From an uncultured virus (IMG/VR IMGVR_UViG_3300008108_000012) (taxonomy: Duplodnaviria; Heunggongvirae; Uroviricota; Caudoviricetes): 64,000 bases of DNA. The notes under the pieces are model-generated. The model was not told the origin of the DNA. It ran no database searches and worked only from the letters and a program-made list of their open reading frames with translations. The number at the start of each line of letters is the position of its first letter. Positions within the stretch are counted from its first letter, which is position 1. The position numbers and the translations under genes are program-made. Below are positions 53,601 to 62,904 of this stretch, piece after piece. Location: the IMG/VR virus record IMGVR_UViG_3300008108_000012. One strand, 5' to 3'.

Positions 53601-55779
53601 CATGATGGGCGGAGGAATGCTGGCCTCCATAGGAACCGGAATGTTCCTTGAAAGCGGCATGGGTCAAAAAATGTTTGGCGACGAGTCGGCTCAAAAATGG
53701 ATGAGCACCGGCGCTATGTTGATGCCGTTCTCTCCTGCTTTGGGTCTTGGAGTGGGTTTAGCTGGTACGGCCCTAAATGCACGAACATATAAGGGTGGTA
53801 TGGGTGCTGGTGCTGCTTCTGGCGCTGCAATTGGTGGAATGCTTGGCGGTCCAGTAGGCGCAGCTGTTGGTGCCGGCGTTGGTGCAGTCGTTGGGTTTTT
53901 CTCAGCCAAACGAAACAAAGACAAAATGGCCAGGAAAGCAGCGACTGCGATTGCGGATTCAAAACTCGTTGACGTAACCGTAAACACTCTTGCTGGCGCT
54001 TTAAAGACCGGTACAGCGGCTGGCGGGCGTCAGACAGTAAAAGATTTTAGAAAATTTGTTACAGACTTTGAGAAAATGGACAAAGGTGCTCGTAGTACAG
54101 CTTTGGACAACTTTGTTAAAGCTGGAATTATCTCTAAAGAAGACGCAAAACTTATGTCTAGCGGAGGAACTGGTAAGCAGGCAGTTAGTCGCCTAAAGAA
54201 AGAAGCGACAGACATAGAGCAGGCTGTAACGCCAATGTTCGACCAATTTGACAACGCAATGAGCGGCTTGCAACTTGCTACAGGTATGTCGTCAGATGAA
54301 ATCATGAAGCTAGCAGCCGAAATGAACGTCAACTTGTTTGACCCAACAATCAAGCTAACGGACTTGATTGGCAAACTCGGAGCCGGCATGGTGAAAACCG
54401 CTAAGCAGATAAATCAAGCCTTAAGAGACATCACTATTGAGTCGACAGACGTTTTGACAAAGTACTTGGAAAGTGAGGAAATGCAAGATGCCCTTAATTC
54501 TGCAAGAAGCAGAATTTTAGGCGGAGACGCATCGACCGAAGCATTCATTGATTACTACCAAAAATACATAGACCTCGAACAGTTAACGGGCGGAGAAGCT
54601 GGAGTTGGAGCATTTTTAGCAAGGTCAGAAAACTTCAAGACTGGAAACATATTTACTGGGGCCCTAGCTGGGGCAGCACAAGATGAAAAATTCAAGGGTC
54701 TCGTCGGAGAACAGTTGACTGAAGAGCGTTCTGGTATTTCAAAAGAATTTGCTACGAATATAGGAAGCCAGTTAGTCGCTAAAAACATAGGATTTAAAGA
54801 TGCTGCAGCTGCTACTGAAATGCTTCAAACTGGTATCAGTAGCCTAATTACGAAAGCTGAATCTGGCGACACCAATGCCCAAACAAAACTGTTCCAGCTC
54901 GAAAAAGAAATAAAAGCTGGAACGCTATTTAAGGGTGTTGGAACACGAATTGGTGCGGCAAGAAGAATAGCTTCGTACACTGGCCAGACGGTTGAGACAG
55001 AAGGCAGATACGGCGCTGTGCTAGGCGGAGAAAGTATGTCCAAACTAAAAACAGGACAAACAACCCAAGAAACCCTTGATGCGATGACTGCGGGCGCAAA
55101 AGAAATATACAACCAGATGCTCGCAGCATTTACGGATGGGCTTTCAAGCATTTCTGGAGAACCTCAATGGTGGCAGAACGCTCCGCCCTGGTGGAATTCG
55201 GCTCCTAGCGGCATGGGAGGAGGAGCCCCAGCAGGAATGACTCCACCAGCCGGCCATCCCAACGCAGTATACAATGCTTCTGGACCTAGTGGTCCAGGTT
55301 GGTACACCGGGAGACAAAGAAACATAAAAGTTGGTGACACATCTACCAGTAAGGCATTGCGCGCAACAATGGGTGCGCATTCACGGTTTAACGGAATGCT
55401 CCCAGGCAAGAGAATGATTACCTCTTCGTGGCGCGAATGGGGTCTAGGTTCTCCCAGTTCAGACCACGCAACAGGCAGAGCATATGACTTGACCGGAGAC
55501 AACCTTGGTCAGTATTCCAAGTTCATCAATGACGCTGGTGGATTCGCTGAGTTCCATGGTGTCGGCGGAGAAAGACACCTACATGTTGTTCCACCGATTG
55601 GCCCGATGGGTGACCGCACATCGCCAGTTTCGATGGGTGCATCTGGAGGCGCAAGCCCAACATATGGCGGGGACAGCTTTAACATAACTGTTGTAGAGTC
55701 TGGAAGCGCTAGAGAAACAGCAGATGAAGTTGTACAGAAGATTATTGCTCTACAGCGTCAGAATCGTAGGAGAATGTAA
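50632..55779 (+). CDS. Tape measure protein with a C-terminal putative M15-like zinc peptidase domain
   Basis: 1715 aa, Ala/Gly-rich and helical with hydrophobic segments; C-terminal ITSSWR..SDHATGRAYDL..RHLHV. Confidence 0.9.
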   Translation: MAADSRINIVLDVDTKNTEQIEATAARLTALGRAQRTLANDTQRLNARMGDLNARMGAMTGTMARLNGANLTFIKHARKIMYLVVGLGIEFLAVTAALVSVNAAFAIGNAAMKVYNWGMQGLAGAVAAAGAAAITAAAAFQEFNAAAYSFRYKESAALGSALSQSADALRMLQVNSTLASYGMTTLNQAYAAFSKNAKLDPQAVKQLQMMADFGTGLNRDKSMAAAAEYISLLKKNKGFSDETTQLAKQIGPEFEKAAKKYGSASSLLKALESGKLAKDAGVEGFGKTINQTLIAQLKSYLTRAFVELADAGRYLLEPVKKTFNSIFQGLTRSFRMVRGDIINFGRGGLLGSLEKLSEKTEEFAIKLFREFLPAAAGWWKRTGDFFEAFVNDFKDARDMLESMRDGGSVVIKMFGEPLVQVFRRIGQNAQAFADLAKNNKEDFLAFGDALKNVVDGFFDIGNAVRRAFTTALPVITQVVDAIAILFRQIAGVIGLMAQLGPIGGTMAVAAMTRYALKGRRSERYERRNAAAMAAGMSTAISNSPNFSAASPYKLAGAMGNSGMGGAAGMAGVNAAQATVNAGTVVVNGKFPGGGGGGGGRGSRGGRSTGDRSYGSSSFVSTAGVAAGNQFGVSTAGGTVQMLPVGPNGQLVPTFVANSMPAQRRLSPVSPGAKGYVTPYGGLEASGPLQRDANGNLVVTNGRVGAGTRSTDVGQARGGARAGLGIEYGRGGNAKVVTAARAESVERGRALAARIGDFNAHLQRFGTPHPEDPRRPDQINKVMSRMHGPFLGQAGVSPGQPMGGTSLGQTMRSNYSARFKARALFDAAKNASGKVMGRIGPFLPGINPGAAYGYGVQHGPPTPPGISGAVGPGGASGAPMTRMRAMGTNAMNFMFGPSPAGQQMIGKTPKTRLGGFLTGAAMRTNAFQVQNANAQLRQIASNLGPGATPGAIMQEAMNQGMDPDMAQRAFNKGKPMGKGKAFMNAAKMKTSMMGGGMLASIGTGMFLESGMGQKMFGDESAQKWMSTGAMLMPFSPALGLGVGLAGTALNARTYKGGMGAGAASGAAIGGMLGGPVGAAVGAGVGAVVGFFSAKRNKDKMARKAATAIADSKLVDVTVNTLAGALKTGTAAGGRQTVKDFRKFVTDFEKMDKGARSTALDNFVKAGIISKEDAKLMSSGGTGKQAVSRLKKEATDIEQAVTPMFDQFDNAMSGLQLATGMSSDEIMKLAAEMNVNLFDPTIKLTDLIGKLGAGMVKTAKQINQALRDITIESTDVLTKYLESEEMQDALNSARSRILGGDASTEAFIDYYQKYIDLEQLTGGEAGVGAFLARSENFKTGNIFTGALAGAAQDEKFKGLVGEQLTEERSGISKEFATNIGSQLVAKNIGFKDAAAATEMLQTGISSLITKAESGDTNAQTKLFQLEKEIKAGTLFKGVGTRIGAARRIASYTGQTVETEGRYGAVLGGESMSKLKTGQTTQETLDAMTAGAKEIYNQMLAAFTDGLSSISGEPQWWQNAPPWWNSAPSGMGGGAPAGMTPPAGHPNAVYNASGPSGPGWYTGRQRNIKVGDTSTSKALRATMGAHSRFNGMLPGKRMITSSWREWGLGSPSSDHATGRAYDLTGDNLGQYSKFINDAGGFAEFHGVGGERHLHVVPPIGPMGDRTSPVSMGASGGASPTYGGDSFNITVVESGSARETADEVVQKIIALQRQNRRRM

Positions 55780-56702
55780 TGCCAAGAGGAATAAGCATCA
55801 CTGGGCGCGAGTACAACATTGACAGTAATAATCCCAGCCCAATTTTAGATAATAGTTCCAAACAATGGACATTCCAGGCTACGCAAGACAGGGTTATGTA
55901 CACCATTTCGGGAACAAAATTGTCATACACTTTTCAAGCTCCTCCTACGCAGTTTCAGCTAGAAGGATTTGGAGCAGATATTAGTGAGCTTAAGCGCCCA
56001 TACTCAATACCAATCCCAGATATAAATGGTGGAAAACTAAGGCGCTTATCTTTTGAGTTCGCTCTTGTCAAAAAAGTAACAGCATCAACAACCATTGTTC
56101 GTAGACCAACGCGATTCAACTTACGTGAAACTACGGATGAGTACCTGAGCGACAACAGGGCAAATCCAACACTTCGGCAACCCGAATTTACTACAACAAA
56201 TTCTAATTTCTCTTACTATGACGGTTTCAGTAATCCTATTGAAGACCAAATATTACGTTTGCAGACAATAGCTGACCTTGGCATACCAGTTGCGTTTGAA
56301 AACATGTCACCTAGCATTCAGTTAAATTCTTGGTATATCGACGACATGAAATTCACACTGACTCGCGACGACGCTACCGGTAAGGCCGTTGCGGGAACAT
56401 GCTCGATATCCTGCATTGAGTACAAAAACCTCAGACAACGGTTTATTCTTCTTCCAAGGTTCAGGTATGGTGTGCCAGACAAATTGAACAAGACCGACAG
56501 AAGAACAGGAGGAGGGGGTTCTGGGGGTAGAGCTAGCCTTGAAGTTCTTAGGGGTCTATTGCAGCAAAAAATTAGGGCGAACTTAGCAAACGGCATACCT
56601 GGCTATCCATACTCTGTGGCAACATTGCGTAGACAGCTGGGTACTCCGTCTTATATAGATATTCCGGACTGGTTAATTAAAGAGCTACAGCCGCCTAGAT
56701 AG
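55779..56702 (+). CDS. Putative tail tube initiator / baseplate protein
   Basis: Coupled to the tape measure; ELKRPYSIP..LRRLSFEF..WYIDDMKFT..ISCIEY. Confidence 0.6.
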   Translation: MPRGISITGREYNIDSNNPSPILDNSSKQWTFQATQDRVMYTISGTKLSYTFQAPPTQFQLEGFGADISELKRPYSIPIPDINGGKLRRLSFEFALVKKVTASTTIVRRPTRFNLRETTDEYLSDNRANPTLRQPEFTTTNSNFSYYDGFSNPIEDQILRLQTIADLGIPVAFENMSPSIQLNSWYIDDMKFTLTRDDATGKAVAGTCSISCIEYKNLRQRFILLPRFRYGVPDKLNKTDRRTGGGGSGGRASLEVLRGLLQQKIRANLANGIPGYPYSVATLRRQLGTPSYIDIPDWLIKELQPPR

Positions 56703-56713
56703 GCAGGAGTTAC

Positions 56714-58576
56714 ATGATTACCACTCCGCCAAATGTTTACATAACAGCTAAAGCTGCCAGAATAACTGCTTCGTCGATATGGTCTTATGGGACTATTAAT
56801 TTGTCTTCTAGATTTATTAAGCGCCTCGGCAAAACCGTACAAGGATTAAATCCGGTAGCCCTAATGGTTACTGGTCCAGTTTATAACGGCTCCGCAATGT
56901 ATTCATTTAGTTCAAAAACGAAACATTATATTGTTGTCCCAAGATTTGATGCGGATGGAAACGCTGTAACTGACAAGCAAGCAAGAGATGCATATACTGC
57001 TACAGGTTTGCATTTGGGCATTTTTAAAAGCAATGCTGCAGCAACAAAATACGCTACAGCTTTAGAAAAAGCATATAAGTCATGGGCCGTCAGAAGCATT
57101 GAGACCGAATTTCTTAGAGACAAACAGCTGGTTGACGCAACTTTTCAGTATTCAGATAATGAGTCTTTAAGTTGGTATACGGGAAATATTGATTTATTTT
57201 CGAGACCAGTTGTTGAGAATGCTGACAAGACAGTATCCACCTTGTTGTCAATATCCGTATTTCTTGGTGGTAAACACGTACTAATACCAAGGGTTGTTCT
57301 TAGAGCAAACAGGCCGACAATAGTTTCTTCCGAGGAAGCAATAAAAGAATACCAAGCAACTGGGCAGCATCTTGGCAAATTTGCGACATCGAAAGAAGCA
57401 AGAATCGCCGCTAAAATGTTGTCCAAACAACAGGACACATACTATAAGAAATTTTATAAAGAGCCATCTGAAGCAGCCTTGTCAAGAGCTTGGCAGCCAG
57501 TTGAAACTTTACTCAAATCCGGAAAAGGAACACCACCTTTTGCTGGCATTATTCGCCTTCCGGATATTGCAGACGCCACAGCACAGCAGTATTTTTATGA
57601 CAACTTATTAAGCGTTAGGGTCCAATACAACATGGACCTAACATCTGCCGTGACCTTAACCATACGAGATGAAAATTTTTTAATGATGGACAACAATTAT
57701 TTTGTTCCACGAAGGCTGGTTGAATACAGAGGACGAAGTTACGAGATAGCAGACATATCCTGCGGACCAGGGCAATCAGGCTCACCAGAAGTAAGTATTT
57801 CAATTTGCAGTCGTGCCGTACAGCAGATGAAAAGAGACAAAAAACGTGGTTCTGTTAAAGGCAACTCAGGGTATGATTACGCTAGAAATGCTGCAATAAA
57901 ATACAACCTTGGATTCGTAGGTCAAAAAACAGCTAAAACTAAATCTCAATTTAATGCAAAAAGCGGAGACCAAGAAGAATCTGTTTGGAATGTTTTAAAC
58001 AGAACAGCAGGCTCAAATCAATACGTCTGTTTTGAAGTTGACGGCATACTTTTTTATGCACAACACGAATATTTAATGTGGAGATTTGGGCTCATAGAAG
58101 CGCTTGTGCGTAGCGGCGGAAAGTCCCTCATAAGAAAATACACACCGTTGCTGCATCTTCCAGGAAACGACGGACCTGTGTCGCAATTTGAATTAGAAAA
58201 AGCTGGTATAGCAGAACAAACTGGAATTAAATATTCTCGTCATTTGGTTGACAGATTTGGTTTCAGGCTAGAAACATGGCCGCAATTTGAAACGTCAGAC
58301 AACGACCCTCTAGCCGCTACGGGCTCATGCCGTGTACAGATGCCCAATGGTGGACAATTACGTCCTGGGCATACAGTTATAGTGGGACCTAAACCTGATT
58401 ATTTTTTTGGCGCGTATTTGATTACATCTGTTTCGTTCACGGAAGGTTCTCCAGAGTCTGCACAGGTTTCTTTCCGTACACCATTAGAGCCACTTACTCA
58501 AAAAGGAAAACCCATAACGAGCTTGGCGGCAACTTCGCCAGTGTCTTTGGGCCAGAGAAGCATAGGAATTTTATAA
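56714..58576 (+). CDS. Baseplate hub-like protein with a duplicated N-terminal accessory domain
   Basis: C-terminal LTIRD..ESVWNVLNRTA..FEVDGILFY..LRPGHTVIV..GAYLITSVSF resembles gp27/gpD-like hubs; two THLG-type repeats at the N-terminus. Confidence 0.75.
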   Translation: MITTPPNVYITAKAARITASSIWSYGTINLSSRFIKRLGKTVQGLNPVALMVTGPVYNGSAMYSFSSKTKHYIVVPRFDADGNAVTDKQARDAYTATGLHLGIFKSNAAATKYATALEKAYKSWAVRSIETEFLRDKQLVDATFQYSDNESLSWYTGNIDLFSRPVVENADKTVSTLLSISVFLGGKHVLIPRVVLRANRPTIVSSEEAIKEYQATGQHLGKFATSKEARIAAKMLSKQQDTYYKKFYKEPSEAALSRAWQPVETLLKSGKGTPPFAGIIRLPDIADATAQQYFYDNLLSVRVQYNMDLTSAVTLTIRDENFLMMDNNYFVPRRLVEYRGRSYEIADISCGPGQSGSPEVSISICSRAVQQMKRDKKRGSVKGNSGYDYARNAAIKYNLGFVGQKTAKTKSQFNAKSGDQEESVWNVLNRTAGSNQYVCFEVDGILFYAQHEYLMWRFGLIEALVRSGGKSLIRKYTPLLHLPGNDGPVSQFELEKAGIAEQTGIKYSRHLVDRFGFRLETWPQFETSDNDPLAATGSCRVQMPNGGQLRPGHTVIVGPKPDYFFGAYLITSVSFTEGSPESAQVSFRTPLEPLTQKGKPITSLAATSPVSLGQRSIGIL

Positions 58577-58846
58577 ATGATTAACGACCCTCTATCAAGA
58601 TTTACGAGCTCATCTCGAGGTTCAAGCGGAGCCCCTTTTCGGGTTGGGGTTCATATTGCAAAAGTGTCAAGAGTTGCTGCTAATGGGAAACTTTTTATAG
58701 TTATTCCGACAGTAAATCCCACCCAAACCATAGGGCCATGTTCTGTTTTTACAGAATCGGAAATTGAGGCTGGAGACAAGGTTCTTGTTGCATTCTTGGA
58801 TGCAAAGCTAGATGATGTCGTTGTGGTGGCAAAACAGACCGCCTAG
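58577..58846 (+). CDS. Short baseplate spike-like (OB-fold) protein
   Basis: GVHIAKVSRV..IEAGDKVLVAFLD..VVV; follows the hub gene. Confidence 0.7.
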   Translation: MINDPLSRFTSSSRGSSGAPFRVGVHIAKVSRVAANGKLFIVIPTVNPTQTIGPCSVFTESEIEAGDKVLVAFLDAKLDDVVVVAKQTA

Positions 58847-58886
58847 ATGGGCAAACTGTTATAAAATGAATATTGGCAGGTAACGC

Positions 58887-59183
58887 ATGGACACTCTAAA
58901 ATTTCCATTATCATTCAGCAGGGGCCGTGCTGTTGTCATACCCGAAAACACGGACGAGTACAAATCTCAAGCTGTGGCAATACTGGTTAGGACTAACATC
59001 GGAGAAATGCCGATGGAGCCAACATTTGGTATTACAGACCCGAGTTTTAATGTTTTCTTTAATTCAGAATTTTTGAGAAATATGAACACTTTTTGGCCAG
59101 ACATAAAAATTTCTGATGTTTCTGTTGACGCTCGTGGAAGCGCATCTGGAGCCATTCGTCTAAACGTGAAATTTGAGGATTAA
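58887..59183 (+). CDS. gp25/GPW-like baseplate wedge protein
   Basis: LKFPL..ILVRTNIGEMPMEPTFGI. Confidence 0.8.
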   Translation: MDTLKFPLSFSRGRAVVIPENTDEYKSQAVAILVRTNIGEMPMEPTFGITDPSFNVFFNSEFLRNMNTFWPDIKISDVSVDARGSASGAIRLNVKFED

Positions 59184-59185
59184 AC

Positions 59186-60679
59186 ATGGCTTCACCAGAC
59201 TTCTCCCAATATATTGACTTATCGATTGATGATAGAGACGCCGCAGACATCTATGACGATTCAGTAGAGTACGCTCGTCTAGCTTTACCAGAGTTCACCC
59301 CGAGAGTTGGAACAGTAGAAGACTCGATACTTCAGGCATGCGCGCTAATAGGTTCTCTCAACATTGCTGCAATCAACAGAATTCCCCATGGTCTTATGGA
59401 GGGAATACTCCAGCTAATGGGTGTAATTAGGTATGAGGCAACATTTTCTACAGTAGAAGTTGAATTTACGTTGTCCAACGACGGAGAAACAGTTCCTGTT
59501 GATTTCTTCGTTGTATACGAAGCAGTAGTGGGAGAAGAAACCGTCCAATACCCATTTAGGACAACATCTCAAGTGACAGCAGGAGTTGGCGACTCTGTAG
59601 TGACGGCTACCCTAACATGCGAAATATCGGGCGTTATCCCAACACTACTTTCTGGAACAGAGTTGGTGATAGTTCAGCCAAACGCAACAGTTCTTTCTTG
59701 TGTGACTACGGCTTTAGTTCAGCAGGGTGATGAACCAGAGACTGATGACGAATACTTTGCACGAGCAACGTCTCATCTAGCTTCCTTGAGCTCCTCTCTC
59801 GTTACTGCAACACAAATTGAAGAATTCATAATCACCCAATACCCAGACGTGCATAGATGCAAGGTTTACGACCTGTGCAATCCAGTTGTTGATTTCGATG
59901 CAACTTTTGCCCCTGGAGCGCTAACTGGTACTAATTCCGGGCCGGCAGTAGGCAACACGACTGCTGATTTTATATCTGATTCTACGTTTTCTGACTACAC
60001 AAGGGTTATAAACACAAGCACTGTCACTGCGGAAAAAAATTATTTAATTTCCGGTGTTTATAATACAACTGCTTCTACTGCAACTGCTTTTACGTTTACT
60101 AGGAATGCTTATGAAGCACCTCCAGGCGAGATAGACGTAGATGGAGCGTTCATTGACCTATTTAGGCTTCGAAACGACTTATCAGAACCTGCAGCTGGAT
60201 ATTTCGTAATAGTTCTTTGCGACGACGACGGAAATCCAATTTCTGACACTGTTAAAACTTCGATTACGCAAGATGTTTCCGCAAGAATAGTTGCCGGGTT
60301 GTCATTTGTGATACTTGATGCTCTTGTATGCGATGCTTCGTTTTCTGTTGATATATCAGTAGACAGCGAGTACTCTGCCGCAAGCGTTGTGACAAACGTT
60401 GCTGAAGAACTTGAATCTTTTGTTTCTCCGGCTAACTGGCCTAACTGGAATCCGTCTGTACGACTATTTGACCTTGTTGTTAGGGCCAATTCTGTTGAAG
60501 GCGTAGCATATGTCAACTCCGTTACAGCGACCATACCCGAATTTGGAGATTATACGTACGTATCCCCAGGCAACGAGCTAGTAATCCTAGAGACCACATC
60601 AGGCTCTGCAGTAACAGGATTGCAAATGGTTTACAAGGGAAGTCTTCCTAGAGCAACAGTGGAAGTGACTGTTTCGTGA
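59186..60679 (+). CDS. Baseplate J-like protein
   Basis: LQLMGVIRYEATFSTVEVEFT..GDEPETDDEYFAR..SVEGVAYV. Confidence 0.88.
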   Translation: MASPDFSQYIDLSIDDRDAADIYDDSVEYARLALPEFTPRVGTVEDSILQACALIGSLNIAAINRIPHGLMEGILQLMGVIRYEATFSTVEVEFTLSNDGETVPVDFFVVYEAVVGEETVQYPFRTTSQVTAGVGDSVVTATLTCEISGVIPTLLSGTELVIVQPNATVLSCVTTALVQQGDEPETDDEYFARATSHLASLSSSLVTATQIEEFIITQYPDVHRCKVYDLCNPVVDFDATFAPGALTGTNSGPAVGNTTADFISDSTFSDYTRVINTSTVTAEKNYLISGVYNTTASTATAFTFTRNAYEAPPGEIDVDGAFIDLFRLRNDLSEPAAGYFVIVLCDDDGNPISDTVKTSITQDVSARIVAGLSFVILDALVCDASFSVDISVDSEYSAASVVTNVAEELESFVSPANWPNWNPSVRLFDLVVRANSVEGVAYVNSVTATIPEFGDYTYVSPGNELVILETTSGSAVTGLQMVYKGSLPRATVEVTVS

Positions 60680-61890
60680 TTACTAATAGGTTGGTGGGCG
60701 ATGCTTTTACATTACACAGCATCAACAATCTTAGTTCTTGGTCTGCTGGCGCATCTACAGTTATAAGCGATGGAGGTCCGACCGAACTATTACCTAGACT
60801 CAACTGTAGACAAATAGAAATTGGCGGCGGATTAAATAACTCTATTTACATAGAACCACTTCCTGGAGACGAATCTCTAAACAACTCCGCCGCAGTTTTT
60901 ACTTTTGCTATAAAAATACCAAATGGCGGACTGGTAGATGTATCTGTTGAAGACGTTTCAACACTATCTATTGCATCTATATATAGCTTCGTAATTAATG
61001 CATCTAGCCCTTCTATCAATGCTGAAGGAGTTGCCTCCCCTCAGTGGTCAATAGTGAGAGTGCTTACTGATGTTTTTGACTCTTCAACTCCCGCTGTAAA
61101 AATAACCATTAGCATCGAAAAAAACCAATCAGAAACAGCTTATTTTTCGAGTCCGGTTTTTGTCCCGCAAATGGAGTTTGCTAACGAAAGCACAGCGTTG
61201 GGCAAAGTGGCTTCTCTTCTACCTCAGTTCATGCTTGAAGACGATTTTTCCATTACAGAACCAATCGACATGCCATTAATGAGATTTATAGATGTCTGTA
61301 CTGTTGGTTTAGATTCCGTTATAAACAAAACACTCGACATGTCCTACCTTGATGCCCAAGACGGGAAAGACGAACAGTCCATTAATACACTAAGCACGCT
61401 CGTCAACCCACGCGCAGCGCAAGTGTCAGATTTGCTCTGGTTGGCAAAATTTGTTGGAACAAAACCGGTTACACGCTTTACATCCTCAACGGAAGAGGAA
61501 ACTGATGCTTTTGTCCTAAACAGCTCAGAACTAAACAGTGCCGACACATTAAGAATTACATCTTACTCATCTTTGAATCCTCCTGTTTTCGACCTTGAAG
61601 TACAAAGAGATTTACTTGATTGGCAAGTGTCCACAGGGTCGTTTGGGTTCAATGCCGGAACAACATCAGCAATTGAAGATTCAGTAAAGCTGATGCTCAT
61701 CGGAAACAAAACTGTGAACCTGGATTATGACTACTCTACGAATCCGTTCGAAATAGAAATTCAAACGCCATGGTATGAAACACTAGGCGCTGATGAAACA
61801 AAAATAGGAGAAAGCTCTGTTTTAGTCATGGAAGCAGTGCAAAGAGCTAAACCTGTAGGTGTTTTGCTAACGCATGTCATGACGGCATAG
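60676..61890 (+). CDS. Baseplate wedge / tail protein (P2 gpI-like C-terminal half)
   Basis: LLPQFM..LLWLAKFVG..AGTTSAIEDSVK..RAKPVGVLL; follows J. Confidence 0.7.
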   Translation: MITNRLVGDAFTLHSINNLSSWSAGASTVISDGGPTELLPRLNCRQIEIGGGLNNSIYIEPLPGDESLNNSAAVFTFAIKIPNGGLVDVSVEDVSTLSIASIYSFVINASSPSINAEGVASPQWSIVRVLTDVFDSSTPAVKITISIEKNQSETAYFSSPVFVPQMEFANESTALGKVASLLPQFMLEDDFSITEPIDMPLMRFIDVCTVGLDSVINKTLDMSYLDAQDGKDEQSINTLSTLVNPRAAQVSDLLWLAKFVGTKPVTRFTSSTEEETDAFVLNSSELNSADTLRITSYSSLNPPVFDLEVQRDLLDWQVSTGSFGFNAGTTSAIEDSVKLMLIGNKTVNLDYDYSTNPFEIEIQTPWYETLGADETKIGESSVLVMEAVQRAKPVGVLLTHVMTA

Positions 61891-61914
61891 TTAAAAACGG
61901 CAAGGAGTCATTTA

Positions 61915-62154
61915 GTGTTTGACAACGAAGAGCAAGCCCTAAGGGAACAATTTGAACACCTGATACGCGACATATTGCCTTCCAGATTGGTGACAAATTT
62001 TATAATTATCGCGGAAGTGGCAGGAAATGAAGCGAGCGAGCTGTCTGTTTCAGTTTCTTCTGGAATGAGTCCCTGGCTTGCGAACGGCATGCTCGAATAT
62101 GCATCTGACATAATTATGTCGGGGGAATGTTCCTATCCAGGCGAATTCGAATAA
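61915..62154 (+). CDS. Hypothetical protein (79 aa)
   Basis: AAGGAG RBS before GTG. Confidence 0.65.
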   Translation: MFDNEEQALREQFEHLIRDILPSRLVTNFIIIAEVAGNEASELSVSVSSGMSPWLANGMLEYASDIIMSGECSYPGEFE

Positions 62155-62221
62155 TGTCAAGAAGTTATTGGCTAATCAAGCCAAGAACCTTAATCTACAA
62201 TATATTAATGGAGAAAAAGCC

Positions 62222-62587
62222 GTGATATCCGGAACGTATAACATTCTGTGCGAGCAGGGAACTACGTTTGTCCGCGTACTCGAACTTCAGGCACCCTCTC
62301 CTGATGACCCTTCGGTTTACGAAGTTTATGACCTAACGGGTCATACTGCACGAATGCAGGTTAGGAGAACTATTGACTCTTCTGCGGTAATGATTGAGTT
62401 GACCACAGAAAACGAGGGAATAGAAATAGACGGCGATGAGGGGAAAATAACCATCGTGATGAGCGATGCTCAAACTGGTTCCCTCACTTCCAGTGGCGTT
62501 TATGACCTTGAAATCGAAGATGGCGGCGGGAATGTATCACGGGTGATACAAGGAACGTTTACCTTGTCGCAAGAGGTAACGCGATGA
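62222..62587 (+). CDS. Tail/baseplate-associated Ig-like protein
   Basis: YNILCEQGTTF..DLTGHTARMQVR..GVYDLEI..RVIQGTF; GGAG RBS before GTG 62222. Confidence 0.7.
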   Translation: MISGTYNILCEQGTTFVRVLELQAPSPDDPSVYEVYDLTGHTARMQVRRTIDSSAVMIELTTENEGIEIDGDEGKITIVMSDAQTGSLTSSGVYDLEIEDGGGNVSRVIQGTFTLSQEVTR

Positions 62588-62895
62588 GCAATACCGTCCC
62601 TAACAATGTCAACGTTTATCAAGATACCCCTAATCAGGTATTAATTGACCAAGAAGCGCCGAACCAAGTAATTGTTCGCACTGGTGGCGCTGCTGGCAAT
62701 ACGCGTCGATTTGTATATGCCCAGTCGACACCATCTGCAACTTGGGTAATCACACATACGCTTGGTGGAAAGCCAGTAGTGGTAATAGTTGATTCTGCTG
62801 ATACCTACGTTATAGGTGAGGTAACATATAACAGTACATCACAAATAACCGTTAGCTTCACAGCTCCCTTTTCCGGATTCGCATACTTGACATAA
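62584..62895 (+). CDS. Small tail-fibre-associated protein
   Basis: QSTPSATWVITHTLG..ITVSFTAPFSGFAYL; ATGA coupling. Confidence 0.7.
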   Translation: MSNTVPNNVNVYQDTPNQVLIDQEAPNQVIVRTGGAAGNTRRFVYAQSTPSATWVITHTLGGKPVVVIVDSADTYVIGEVTYNSTSQITVSFTAPFSGFAYLT

Positions 62896-62904
62896 GGCAG
62901 GACC

